DNA of 64,000 nt from Victivallales bacterium (GTDB lineage Bacteria; Verrucomicrobiota; Lentisphaeria; Victivallales; GWF2-38-69): the NCBI GenBank assembly GCA_965228125.1, contig OZ245791.1, positions 117,538-181,537 of the forward strand. The letters are read 5' to 3'. The first letter of the stretch is position 1; the number at the start of each line of letters is the position of its first letter. The position numbers and the translations under genes are program-made. The notes beneath the pieces are model-generated. The model searched no databases, was not told where the DNA came from, and saw only the letters and a list, made by a program, of their open reading frames with translations. Positions 55,556 through 63,747 of this stretch are shown here, piece after piece.

Positions 55556-55600
55556 CTCCAACCCCCATCCCCCATCCCCATCCTCTATTCCCTAAATCTG
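55556..55600. repeat. stop-codon junction motif, copy at the gpI-like gene end
   Basis: mRNA sense CAGATTTAGGGAATAGAGGATGGGGATGGGGGATGGGGGTTGGAGG. The gene's TAG stop lies inside the motif. Confidence 0.8.
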
Positions 55601-56212
55601 CGGAGTGCAGCAGAGAAGGTTTTGATATTCAAACTCAAAGACCCTGACGCGGCATTTTTCGATCTTGTAAGTTGAAAACCAGTATCTCCGGCAGGAACGG
55701 CCGTATTTATGGACTATGAAGTCAAACAGCGTTTGATTTTTAGCGTAGGAATCTTCATCAACTTCAAGGAGGATGACATCCCAGTCTTCCTTGCTTATCC
55801 TTTCCGACTGTTGCAAAGCGCCCAGCTGCAGGTTCTCCCAGATCGTAAAGAAGCCGGCAAGTTCTCCCGCGCTCTTTGCATTAGAAAAAGCGTACTTAAC
55901 GCGTCTCCGGTACATGTCTTCGGGTTCATTCTGGAAGCGTTCTATATCCCTTTGGTAGGCTATATAGTCAACAATTTGTATCGGTACTTTATCTATATCG
56001 ACATTTTGCGGCAAATAATTAAGCCATGTTTGCACTTTGTTCCACCAACTGTCTCCGCACTTAGCTATTATTGCCATCTGCCCCAGGCTTTCCCAGAATG
56101 TAAGGTCAATAGGAGGCCTCTGGATCTCGATAATATCGTTCGCGATCTTTAACTTAAGTTTTTTAAATCTGTCTTTAAAACTTTTCATCTTTAGTTTTTC
56201 ACTATTCCCCAT
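55592..56212 (-). CDS. baseplate/tail protein gpI-like
   Basis: Position after the J-like gene. Pattern NEPEDMYRRRVKYAFSNAKSAGELAGFFTIWENLQLG. ATG 56212 (MGNSEKL) follows GAGGA; ATG 56188 and the track start 56251 are alternatives. Confidence 0.5.
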   Translation of the reverse strand: MGNSEKLKMKSFKDRFKKLKLKIANDIIEIQRPPIDLTFWESLGQMAIIAKCGDSWWNKVQTWLNYLPQNVDIDKVPIQIVDYIAYQRDIERFQNEPEDMYRRRVKYAFSNAKSAGELAGFFTIWENLQLGALQQSERISKEDWDVILLEVDEDSYAKNQTLFDFIVHKYGRSCRRYWFSTYKIEKCRVRVFEFEYQNLLCCTPQI

Positions 56213-56245
56213 CCCCCATCCTCTATTCCCTAAATTTAATTCGTG
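56205..56245. repeat. stop-codon junction motif, copy at the J-like gene end
   Basis: mRNA sense AAATTTAGGGAATAGAGGATGGGGGATGGGGAATAG. The J-like gene stops at the TAG of GGGAATAG. Confidence 0.8.
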
Positions 56246-57473
56246 GATCATTTTTTGTTTCAGGCAATTCTATATTGATGGTCAAAGTGCCAAGCCTTGG
56301 CACCCATCTTTCCGACACAATATCCTCTAAACTCCATTCATAAGATTGCGCTCCGGTGAAATAATTATGCAGTTCCTGGTCGAGTTTCGAGAAAGAGAAG
56401 CGTGCATACGCCCAGGTCTTTGACACATAATCATCGTAAGCGGAATTTTCCCGGAAAGCGCAGCGGATAAACTGCTCGACATCTGCTTTTAATTGTTCGA
56501 TTTGTTTGGCTGTTAAATTTTCAACAGGGAATATCTTTACTTCAAGGTCGTAATCCTTGCCGGGCATTGCCATTGCCAGCATACTGTCGCCGTGCCCGTG
56601 GTTGCCGTCTGTATTGATATAGTCGTTTATTGAGTCAATATAGGACTGGCTGGGAGTAAAAGTATCGAAGATTATATACGCGTCAGCCGATCCGGGCCCG
56701 CGTGGAATATCGTTGTCGAAATATATCCTGTCCGCAGCTATTCCTGTAAGGCTGGACATCATCGCTGTGTATTTTGCATTTATGTGCCAGTCGGAGACGG
56801 CGGTAAACTGGTTTTGTATCCTTGCCCTGAAATCATCGTCGCTCTCGATATCAGCCCCCGGATAGGTCAGGTAATCCGTACCGTTTATAACGCCTGTAAC
56901 TCCCGTAATAGGTTCTTCAAGAATAGAATAGTAACCGTCTGCAAGGTTATAAGCTGCCCCGGTATTTTCTGCCTCAGCTTTTACCAGGACAGTTTTTTCT
57001 CCGTCCACAAATGGAGTGTCCTCGCAAGTAATCATTCGATAGATGACATTGTTTATTGCTACGGTTCTAACTATCGTGCCTTTCGGAATAATGAGCGGAG
57101 TACTGACCGCAGTTCTACTAAAAGTCAGGTTTCCGATTGCCTTTGTGGCGCCCTTCCTGATAAGGTCATACGCCCACCCCAACAAGTCAAGAAACCATCC
57201 CGATGCAGTCTTTAAATAAAGATTCGGCATGATATACCTGATAATGAAGCATATCAGCCAGTAAACAGGCTTTGTGACGAGGGCTGTTATCAGGTTCCAG
57301 AATGGAGAAAAAGGCGAAGTGTTGGTTATTTCAAGGTCTGATTCATTGACAATTTCCTGCCATTGCTCCTGCAGCCCTTCCTCTGTCGTCGGGATCCCTG
57401 CCGCTTCAACGGCCTCCATGAAATTTTCTTCATCCGAAGTAAGGTTATCGAGATTTAACTGAGTAGGTTCCAC
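56223..57473 (-). CDS. baseplate J-like protein (gpJ / Mu gp47 family)
   Basis: 416 aa. Position W-J-I. GTG start after GAAGGAAA. The family call rests mainly on size and order. Confidence 0.55.
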   Translation of the reverse strand: MEPTQLNLDNLTSDEENFMEAVEAAGIPTTEEGLQEQWQEIVNESDLEITNTSPFSPFWNLITALVTKPVYWLICFIIRYIMPNLYLKTASGWFLDLLGWAYDLIRKGATKAIGNLTFSRTAVSTPLIIPKGTIVRTVAINNVIYRMITCEDTPFVDGEKTVLVKAEAENTGAAYNLADGYYSILEEPITGVTGVINGTDYLTYPGADIESDDDFRARIQNQFTAVSDWHINAKYTAMMSSLTGIAADRIYFDNDIPRGPGSADAYIIFDTFTPSQSYIDSINDYINTDGNHGHGDSMLAMAMPGKDYDLEVKIFPVENLTAKQIEQLKADVEQFIRCAFRENSAYDDYVSKTWAYARFSFSKLDQELHNYFTGAQSYEWSLEDIVSERWVPRLGTLTINIELPETKNDPRIKFRE

Positions 57474-57825
57474 TTGCTATATTTCCTTCTATTTGGATTT
57501 TTGCCTTGCCGTATTGGTATGTGTCGGCAACAATCGTATAAATTGCCACATTGTTTTTGAAGTTAATCGGGTCGGAATAGAACTTTGCAGTCCCCGGTAT
57601 TATTCGTGTATCGTCTTCGACTATTGTGAGGATTTTATTCTGCAGGAGAGCCCGCTTTTCAGAGTTCCTTTCTCCGATCATATTTATAGCATAGCCTGAT
57701 TCCCTGATCGCGTGGCAGATGTCCTGGACAATAGAGGGTTTGTCCGAGGTCATAACAGGTATGCCGTCCGCATCAAGCTTCAGGTCATCATCCTCAATAA
57801 GTAAATCGATATATTGTTCAGCCAT
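57445..57825 (-). CDS. baseplate gpW/gp25-like protein
   Basis: 126 aa. SIVQDICHAIRESGYAINMIGE pattern. Immediately upstream of the J-like gene. Confidence 0.5.
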   Translation of the reverse strand: MAEQYIDLLIEDDDLKLDADGIPVMTSDKPSIVQDICHAIRESGYAINMIGERNSEKRALLQNKILTIVEDDTRIIPGTAKFYSDPINFKNNVAIYTIVADTYQYGKAKIQIEGNIASGTYSVKSR

Positions 57826-57836
57826 TCTTTCGTCCC

Positions 57837-59768
57837 TTAACTATGCAGCGCATTCCACTCTTCCATTTGAGCCGGGCTCATTCCTCCGGAAGAATAAATA
57901 TTCACATTGCCATAATTGGTTGTCCTGCTGCTCCCGAGATTATTTGTTATGCCGCCTGCCGGGATATCTATTTTCCTTTGTTCATTGAGATCCGACACGC
58001 CACCGGTTCCTTTTGACGCCGAACCGGCCATACCGGCAGCGGCAGAGCCTGAAGCTTCTTCCTCTCCTCCGAAAAGCTTGTCAAGTATCCACGAAACGCC
58101 CGGCAGGTTCGCGATAGTGTCTGCCAGATCTGATATCTTGTTAAATACCCACTCGACCGACATCCCTACGCCCCCGAAAACAGAAGTAGCCAATTTTGAG
58201 AGAGCTTCTATTATCGGCGAGAAGTTTGTCAGAAGTTCAATTCCTTTCCCGATCCAGCCGACAACAGTGGCAAAACCGCTTACCATTACCTCTATCCCGC
58301 TCATTACAAAACTGCCAAAACCTTTCAAAAGCTCCCACAGATACTCTATGCCGCCTATCCACGAGTCAAATACCTGACCGATATTCTCAAAACCATAAAG
58401 CTGTTTGATGAGATAAATGACACCTACGGCCAGAGCTGCTATGCCTGCGATTATCCATATCAGCGGACACTGATAAATTGAGAAATTGAGTAGCAATTGT
58501 GCTACTCTGGCCAACACAAGTATGCCTTTATATGTAGCCATTGCTGTATTTACCATACCTGTGATAATATATAAAACCCCCATTGCGGCGGTCATGGCAA
58601 TGATTCCGACAGTTATCATCGCTAACCACTTTGAAATAGTAGGATATTTTTCGAAAAAACTATTCATATAAGCGCCGATCTCGACACACTTCTCTAAAAA
58701 AGGCGTTATGCCGGTAATAATGAGTTTCGCGAAATTCTTCTGCAGAACTTCGACCGCCGCTCCGAAGCGAGCGAAAAGATCAGTTTGCGCCTTTGCCATT
58801 TGCTCTGCGTTTTTCATCCCGCTAACCTTATCAAGACTTGTTATTGATCCTGATAATTCATTTGTCTTTCCTATAAGGTTTGTCACGACTGCGACAGCCT
58901 CATCGGAACCAAAGGCGGTTTTTAGTTTCGATATTTCAATAGCGTCAAGCTCTCCGTATTTGCCCTTGATCTTTTCAAGTATCTGCACCATAGGCAGCAT
59001 CTTTCCTTTACTATCTACAAATGAAAGCCCCAAAGTCTGCTGCGCTTTAACAACATTATTAAGAAATGCCTTATATTTAGTGCCTGCCTCGGATCCTCCC
59101 ATGCTTCCCTGCAAAGTCCCCAGGACTGCCATTTGTTCGGATAAAAATATTTTATTTTTTTCTCCTAAAGAACCGAGATTTTTAAACGCGTCTGACATAC
59201 CCTGGCCTGTAGTTTTAAATACTCTGACCGCTTCAGATGTCATTCCGGTAAGAGTCTCTACCCATTTGCTCTTGCCCATCGCTATAGCCTGCTTATCAAA
59301 TATGTTGTACATCGTACCCATATAATTTGTGATCGTGGCGGCATCGGCTTTTGTGGCTTTGGCAAGGATATTTGAAGCATTGGTAAAACTCGCCAGCTCT
59401 CCGTCAACTAAACCACCGATCGCAGACTGGATGTCATAGCTGGATCTGACGAAATCAGTGGCGCTTTCGCCGTAAGCTAGAGCAAATTTATCAGCTGTCT
59501 TTTCTAACAGCTTGAGTTCTTTATCAACGACACCAAGAGACTTGATTTCGCCTAGAGCCCTGGTCATTTCAATCCCCGGCTGAATGGCCTTGACAAGCGT
59601 ATATCCTGCACCGGCCGTCGCAAGGACGCCTTTTGTCATATTATTAAATCCTTTATTCGCGTAGCTCTGCATTTGCGTAAAGGATTTAGTGATATTCTGT
59701 GCAGGCCCCGACATCTGGTCTATCAGGCTGACAATAAAGTCAAGATTTTTTACTGATGTGCTTGCCAT
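57837..59768 (-). CDS. tail tape measure protein
   Basis: 643 aa, Ala/Gly/Met-rich with a central hydrophobic block. Directly downstream of the frameshifting chaperone pair. Confidence 0.75.
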   Translation of the reverse strand: MASTSVKNLDFIVSLIDQMSGPAQNITKSFTQMQSYANKGFNNMTKGVLATAGAGYTLVKAIQPGIEMTRALGEIKSLGVVDKELKLLEKTADKFALAYGESATDFVRSSYDIQSAIGGLVDGELASFTNASNILAKATKADAATITNYMGTMYNIFDKQAIAMGKSKWVETLTGMTSEAVRVFKTTGQGMSDAFKNLGSLGEKNKIFLSEQMAVLGTLQGSMGGSEAGTKYKAFLNNVVKAQQTLGLSFVDSKGKMLPMVQILEKIKGKYGELDAIEISKLKTAFGSDEAVAVVTNLIGKTNELSGSITSLDKVSGMKNAEQMAKAQTDLFARFGAAVEVLQKNFAKLIITGITPFLEKCVEIGAYMNSFFEKYPTISKWLAMITVGIIAMTAAMGVLYIITGMVNTAMATYKGILVLARVAQLLLNFSIYQCPLIWIIAGIAALAVGVIYLIKQLYGFENIGQVFDSWIGGIEYLWELLKGFGSFVMSGIEVMVSGFATVVGWIGKGIELLTNFSPIIEALSKLATSVFGGVGMSVEWVFNKISDLADTIANLPGVSWILDKLFGGEEEASGSAAAGMAGSASKGTGGVSDLNEQRKIDIPAGGITNNLGSSRTTNYGNVNIYSSGGMSPAQMEEWNALHS

Positions 59769-59770
59769 AT

Positions 59771-59827
59771 TAGTTAGGGGTTCGGGGTTAGTGACTCGTG
59801 GTTAGTGGTTAGTGGTTAGGGTTAGGG
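59771..59827. repeat. G/T-rich heptamer-type leader element 2 (upstream of the tape-measure ATG)
   Basis: Plus strand tagttaggggttcggggttaGTGACTCGtggttagtggttagtggttagggttaggg. mRNA sense is C/A-rich with no purine-rich SD. Confidence 0.85.
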
Positions 59828-60019
59828 TTTTTTAAAGGCTATCCCTATCGCGTTAGCCGTAACTATTTTCTGCTTTTCCCAGTAGTCCCATTCAAGAAAA
59901 GTGGCTTCGGCCATGCATTCTGCATCTGCGTCTCGCCAGGGAAACCACTTTTTCGCATAAACTTTCATTTGTCCGTATGGATCCTCTTTGAGTTTAGCAA
60001 AGAGAGCATTTACTTTTTT
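59822..60019 (-). CDS. -1 frame extension of the tail assembly chaperone (gpE+E' / G-GT type)
   Basis: Slippery A AAA AAG (60019-60013) abuts the zero-frame TAA. The -1 frame is open for 63 codons (VNALFAKLKEDPYGQMKVYAKKWFPWRDADAECMAEATFLEWDYWEKQKIVTANAIGIAFKKP*). Confidence 0.7.
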   Translation of the reverse strand, partial: KKVNALFAKLKEDPYGQMKVYAKKWFPWRDADAECMAEATFLEWDYWEKQKIVTANAIGIAFKKP

Positions 60020-60270
60020 ACTTCTATTTCTACATCCTCCTGAAACTCCTTGATGAGCGTATTAGCCATTTCTAAGAAGTGAGTATCGATGTATTTATTG
60101 AGAAGCTCTTTACTCTCCTGCTTTACACATGATTTGAGCAGCCGTATAGCAGGCAGGCATTTATTTTTCACTTCTATGTCGTTAAGGAAGTTTTTGTATT
60201 CCATATCTGACATAGAAAAGTTAAGTTCCTTTTTATTTACCAGTAGGGTTATTTCTTTTTTTACGCTCAT
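60010..60270 (-). CDS. tail assembly chaperone (gpE-like), zero-frame product
   Basis: 86 aa. Lies between the tube and tape-measure genes and ends ...EVKK* within the slippery site. Confidence 0.7.
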   Translation of the reverse strand: MSVKKEITLLVNKKELNFSMSDMEYKNFLNDIEVKNKCLPAIRLLKSCVKQESKELLNKYIDTHFLEMANTLIKEFQEDVEIEVKK

Positions 60271-60284
60271 ATTTACCTATATAT

Positions 60285-60312
60285 AGTTGTTAGTTGATGG
60301 TTGGTGGGTTAG
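60285..60312. repeat. G/T-rich leader element 3 (upstream of the chaperone ATG, overlaps the tube stop)
   Basis: Plus strand agttgttagttgatggttggtgggttagg. mRNA sense CCTAACCCACCAACCATCAACTAACAACT. Confidence 0.7.
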
Positions 60313-60770
60313 GCGCCGGCGGATTTAGATTCGAGATACGGCACGCCGTCGATATTGATAAAATCAGGGCTGGTGATCTTAAAAGGAACAGTGAACTGGC
60401 TTTTATCGGTGGACGTCTTGTCCACATCGAGGAGCTTAGACATAATTATCTTGCAGCCGAAGGCTTCTACTTTGAATTCGTCATCGCCAGCTTGAGCAAA
60501 CGCATTGATATCAAAGGTCTCCATCATCTGAAAAGAGCCTGCTTTCTTTGCCGCTTCAACAATGAGTTTAAATTCAGTTCTGTCCAGTGTCATTTCCCCT
60601 GAGGCTTCGACATCGCCCTGCACCCATCCGTCAGGGCGGCCGTCTTTTTTAGCCACTGCCGTATTGTCAGTAATATCAATTGAAAACTTATCGGCATGGA
60701 TGTCAGTGCCGCCGAGGGCGAAATCAAACGACATCCCGTTTATGCGCTGAATATTATTGCCCATATTCAA
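60309..60770 (-). CDS. contractile-tail tube protein
   Basis: 153 aa. Immediately after the sheath gene. SD AAGGAG. Call is by size and order. Confidence 0.6.
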   Translation of the reverse strand: MNMGNNIQRINGMSFDFALGGTDIHADKFSIDITDNTAVAKKDGRPDGWVQGDVEASGEMTLDRTEFKLIVEAAKKAGSFQMMETFDINAFAQAGDDEFKVEAFGCKIIMSKLLDVDKTSTDKSQFTVPFKITSPDFINIDGVPYLESKSAGA

Positions 60771-60776
60771 ATCTCC

Positions 60777-61988
60777 TTATTTCTTTTTGTTTGAAGTTTC
60801 TTTGGCAGGCTTTTTGAAAGAGAGTTTGACTTTACCGACAGACTGAGTGCTTTCATCAGACTGGTATCTGGTAAGGTCAAGTGCCATATAAATCCAGATT
60901 TTCTTTGGGCAGTCATGAGGAGCTGCACAGAAACCTATTACCACTTCCGTCCTGCTCTTCCAGGTAATCGTAAGATCGCCTTCTTTAGGGGGCTGGATGA
61001 TACCTGGGAATTCAAGCGGCCCGATAATAATAGGCTGAGCCGCCACTCTCATCGGAGTCATGAAATAGGTTTTATTATTTGCTATGGACTTAGGTGTGGA
61101 GTTCAAATATCTGTCGGCAATTCTGGCTATGGCCCTGAGCCTTACCCTCCTTGCTAAATAGTCAAGGACTCGCCTGTTTTCATACACCTGAAAATCGCCC
61201 GTCTCGGTATCAAGCAGCATTTGATCAGCCCAGTAAGTACCGGCATATCCGGCATACCACTGTGGAACAGAGAATCGGGCGTTTGACATATCTGAAATGT
61301 CAGCCATTGAAAGTTCGATCCCGTTTTTATCGACAGGGTCATCTCCCAGATTTATAAGCGCCCCGGTTGCTACTCTCATCGGAGTGTCTGCCACGGTTAC
61401 CGCCGGATTGCAGAGCCTACCGCAAACCACTCCCAGATTGTTACCGTGAAGATTAGGCACGACGGCCACTCTATCGGCTACCTGTCCGGTAATAAGTGCC
61501 TTGATTCTTGCCGCGTAATCAGCCCAGGTTTCGGTAGCTTTGTCAATTCCTGAGCAGCACATTTGAGCAGTCAGGTATTTGCCGTAACTTGTCATTGTGC
61601 TTATCATTGCAGCCTGAGCACTCTTTATTTCGTTAGCATCTGTTATTTCGGTCGTTAGTACCACAGCTTCGACCTGCAGGTCAAAAGGCTTGTCCATCGC
61701 TGTATCGAGCACCTTTACCCAGTCGTCCGTTGCAGGGTCTATGGGTATGGCATAACAGTAAAAACTATCCGTCGCTGCATTGAGGACAGCCGCGCTGATA
61801 TGGGTCTTGAGGTCAGAATCTCCCGAACCCAGCAGCTCGTCCAAATCTGAATCAGCTCCTATTGAAAGAATTTTATGAAGGTTGTCGGGATTTGCTGCTT
61901 TCCCGATATAGAGAAAAACCCGTTCAGCTTCAACCGGCTCCCCCTGCTGCATGTTCAGTTGTGTAACAATTACTTGTCCTATTGACAT
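60777..61988 (-). CDS. contractile-tail sheath protein
   Basis: 403 aa. First gene behind promoter-like motif copy 2. SD AAAGGAG. Order is sheath-tube-chaperone-tape measure. Confidence 0.6.
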   Translation of the reverse strand: MSIGQVIVTQLNMQQGEPVEAERVFLYIGKAANPDNLHKILSIGADSDLDELLGSGDSDLKTHISAAVLNAATDSFYCYAIPIDPATDDWVKVLDTAMDKPFDLQVEAVVLTTEITDANEIKSAQAAMISTMTSYGKYLTAQMCCSGIDKATETWADYAARIKALITGQVADRVAVVPNLHGNNLGVVCGRLCNPAVTVADTPMRVATGALINLGDDPVDKNGIELSMADISDMSNARFSVPQWYAGYAGTYWADQMLLDTETGDFQVYENRRVLDYLARRVRLRAIARIADRYLNSTPKSIANNKTYFMTPMRVAAQPIIIGPLEFPGIIQPPKEGDLTITWKSRTEVVIGFCAAPHDCPKKIWIYMALDLTRYQSDESTQSVGKVKLSFKKPAKETSNKKK

Positions 61989-62030
61989 ATTTAGCTCCTT
62001 TTAGATTAGAATTCTTGTTTTCCCGCAGCT

Positions 62031-62059
62031 CATATAGACGGCTAAAATTAACCTAAAAA
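62031..62059 (-). promoter_or_regulatory. prophage promoter-like motif, copy 2
   Basis: Reverse strand reads TTTTTAGGTTAATTTTAGCCGTCTATATG. Confidence 0.5.
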
Positions 62060-62098
62060 TTTTTTCACTTTTTTTTGTAAGAAATTAGTTTTTTTGGT

Positions 62099-62127
62099 TT
62101 GAATTACTACGGATTACGTAGTATAGT
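62099..62127 (+). promoter_or_regulatory. sigma-70-type promoter with inverted repeat in the spacer
   Basis: TTGAAT (62099-62104), a 17-nt spacer, TATAGT (62122-62127). The spacer contains CTACGgattaCGTAG (62107-62121). Confidence 0.6.
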
Positions 62128-62133
62128 AAACAC

Positions 62134-62336
62134 ATAGTAAGAAATAAATGCTCTTTGAAAATCTGAGAATTGGCTTAAACAAACCCAAAAAACAAAAGGA
62201 GGTGATGAAATAAAAGCGAAGTTTAAGCCCCTGAAATGGTTCAGCCTGAAACTTAAGTGTAGGATACTCAAGCTCAGGCTGAAAGTCGAAATCAAATTGT
62301 AACTTCAAATTCCCCCCGAAAGGGGGGGGCTTTTTA
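62134..62336 (+). ncRNA. about 200-nt terminated plus-strand transcript (leader or small RNA), predicted
   Basis: Contains only a 21-codon ORF (62148-62213), a perfect AAGGAGGTGA fused to ATG-AAA-TAA, a hairpin at 62243-62280 and three CTGAAA motifs. Ends in a strong terminator. Confidence 0.35.
62312..62336 (+). terminator. strong intrinsic terminator
   Basis: CCCCCC-gaaa-GGGGGGGG-C-TTTTT. Confidence 0.85.
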
Positions 62337-62375
62337 TAATATATATATCTTAATATTAAATAAGAAAGGTGTCCT

Positions 62376-62555
62376 ATGAATGATTTCGAGAAATTTTTAA
62401 AAAAACATAATATAACGCAGTACCGATTTCACAAAATAACGGGTATTCCTCAGACAACATTGCAAGATATAAAAAAGCGCGATCATGTCCCCTCATATAT
62501 GAAATACATGCTGCAATTGATGGAATTCAAAAAATCGGTTACAGGGAATTTTTAA
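62376..62555 (+). CDS. 59-aa HTH (Cro/XRE-like) protein, below the ORF-track cutoff
   Basis: MNDFEKFLKKHNITQYRFHKITGIPQTTLQDIKKRDHVPSYMKYMLQLMEFKKSVTGNF. RBS GAAAGGTG. Only plus-strand gene inside the prophage late region. Confidence 0.6.
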   Translation: MNDFEKFLKKHNITQYRFHKITGIPQTTLQDIKKRDHVPSYMKYMLQLMEFKKSVTGNF

Positions 62556-62577
62556 GCCCTCGATCGAGGGCTTTTTT
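62556..62577. terminator. bidirectional terminator
   Basis: Palindrome GCCCTCGATCGAGGGC followed by TTTTTT on the plus strand. It also lies just past the gpS-like gene stop on the minus strand. Confidence 0.75.
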
Positions 62578-63250
62578 ATTTCATTTTTGAATTGATTTTA
62601 TCAAGTATTGCATCGCCCATCTTGTCCTGATCTGCCTGAGAAGCTCCCAGAAACGAGCGCGCCGGAGTTCTGATCTGCCAAACCTGATTGTGCGCTGAAT
62701 GTACGATTGTGTGATAAATGGCTCCGGCCTGTCCAAGAGAAATATTATCCATTATCCATTTAACTGAAACTTTTCGTCTGCCGTTTTTGCTTTTAAGAGT
62801 GAAATCATTTTCAACAAGCTTTTTAGCCAGGGAGCGCGGGCAAGAGCCCTTTTTCTGTCTGTCAATATTAAAAGACGCTTCCTTTTTTTGAAGCTGTTTG
62901 ACAGATCCTATATCGATAGCCCCTTCCTGCTGCTTTCTGGCAACTGATCCTGTAAGCGGGTTTTTGTAGGTAACTGTAGCGGACAATGAATCTCCATAGA
63001 ATCGCATATTCTTCTGCAGAGAAACTTTTCTCTCCATTCGTTTTTTGCCTTTCTTTCTCTGCTCCCATGCACTGCCTTCCACATCGCTCTGATTCCGGTA
63101 ATGGTCCCTGGCCTTTTTTCCCACGGCGCGAACCATCGATAAAAGGAATGTCCGCTTCTCCTCCGGAGAGAGAATAAGAAGTTTAAAATCCTTTGAGATT
63201 TGACGCAGCGCGTTCTTAGGATTTTCTTGTATTCTTATTACTTCCTGCAT
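62576..63250 (-). CDS. virion morphogenesis / tail completion protein (P2 gpS / Mu G-like)
   Basis: 224 aa. C-terminal IRTPARSFLGASQADQDKMGDAILDKI resembles the R.FLG signature of this family. Confidence 0.5.
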   Translation of the reverse strand: MQEVIRIQENPKNALRQISKDFKLLILSPEEKRTFLLSMVRAVGKKARDHYRNQSDVEGSAWEQRKKGKKRMERKVSLQKNMRFYGDSLSATVTYKNPLTGSVARKQQEGAIDIGSVKQLQKKEASFNIDRQKKGSCPRSLAKKLVENDFTLKSKNGRRKVSVKWIMDNISLGQAGAIYHTIVHSAHNQVWQIRTPARSFLGASQADQDKMGDAILDKINSKMK

Positions 63251-63266
63251 ATTTCCCTATTCCCGA
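63251..63266. repeat. stop-codon junction motif, short copy at the gpR-like gene end
   Basis: mRNA sense CGGGAATAGGGAAAT-ATG. The gpR-like gene stops at the TAG of GGGAATAG. Confidence 0.6.
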
Positions 63267-63745
63267 GCCACTTTCTTAATCGCATCCATGAGTTCGAAAC
63301 TTGTTGCAATATCAAAGGTGTAACCGTCAATCTTCCATTTCATATCTATCCAGTCGATCGGGCCGTCATCGTCCTGCGAAAGATAGATATTGTCAACGAA
63401 CGGAATCGAAATCTCCATGTCAAATAGTGTGTCATTTATCCTAAAGAACTCTACATTAGGCTGTGATAGCTTAAAATTTTCACGGGTGTTGTCATTGTCC
63501 ATCAGCCAGGTCGTTACGAATAATAACAGGTAAATGACAAGCTCCTGATTGATGCGCTCGACTGTTATTACGCCCGTATAATGCCAGGAAAGGATCTGCC
63601 AGCCTGCTGTAGTTTCCTTTCTGCCTCCAAATTCCGCCTTTCCGTCCTCTATCCAGCTGTCGAAAGCTTCCTTATTGAGTTTAAGATAATCCTTTTTGGT
63701 CAGGATGTACTTGTATAATTCCGCGAATTTATTTGTGCTGCTCAT
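63257..63745 (-). CDS. tail completion protein (P2 gpR-like)
   Basis: 162 aa. LVIYLLLFVTTWLMDNDNTRENF...FDMEISIPF parallels the gpR segment LLIVPVLAWLRENQPD...FDISISL as I recall it. Confidence 0.4.
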   Translation of the reverse strand: MSSTNKFAELYKYILTKKDYLKLNKEAFDSWIEDGKAEFGGRKETTAGWQILSWHYTGVITVERINQELVIYLLLFVTTWLMDNDNTRENFKLSQPNVEFFRINDTLFDMEISIPFVDNIYLSQDDDGPIDWIDMKWKIDGYTFDIATSFELMDAIKKVARE

Positions 63746-63747
63746 AT

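Noticed and set aside
59811-59829. GGTTAGGGTTAGGG, identical to vertebrate telomere repeats
   Set aside because: It is internal to an integrated prophage operon and is part of the heptamer-leader family. Nothing indicates a linear replicon end.
62134-62375. Anti-CRISPR gene or RNA anti-CRISPR (solitary repeat unit) upstream of the small HTH gene
   Set aside because: The longest ORF is 21 codons. The only similarity to the I-C repeat is ATTGTAAC versus ATTGAAAC (7 of 8), without the repeat hairpin.
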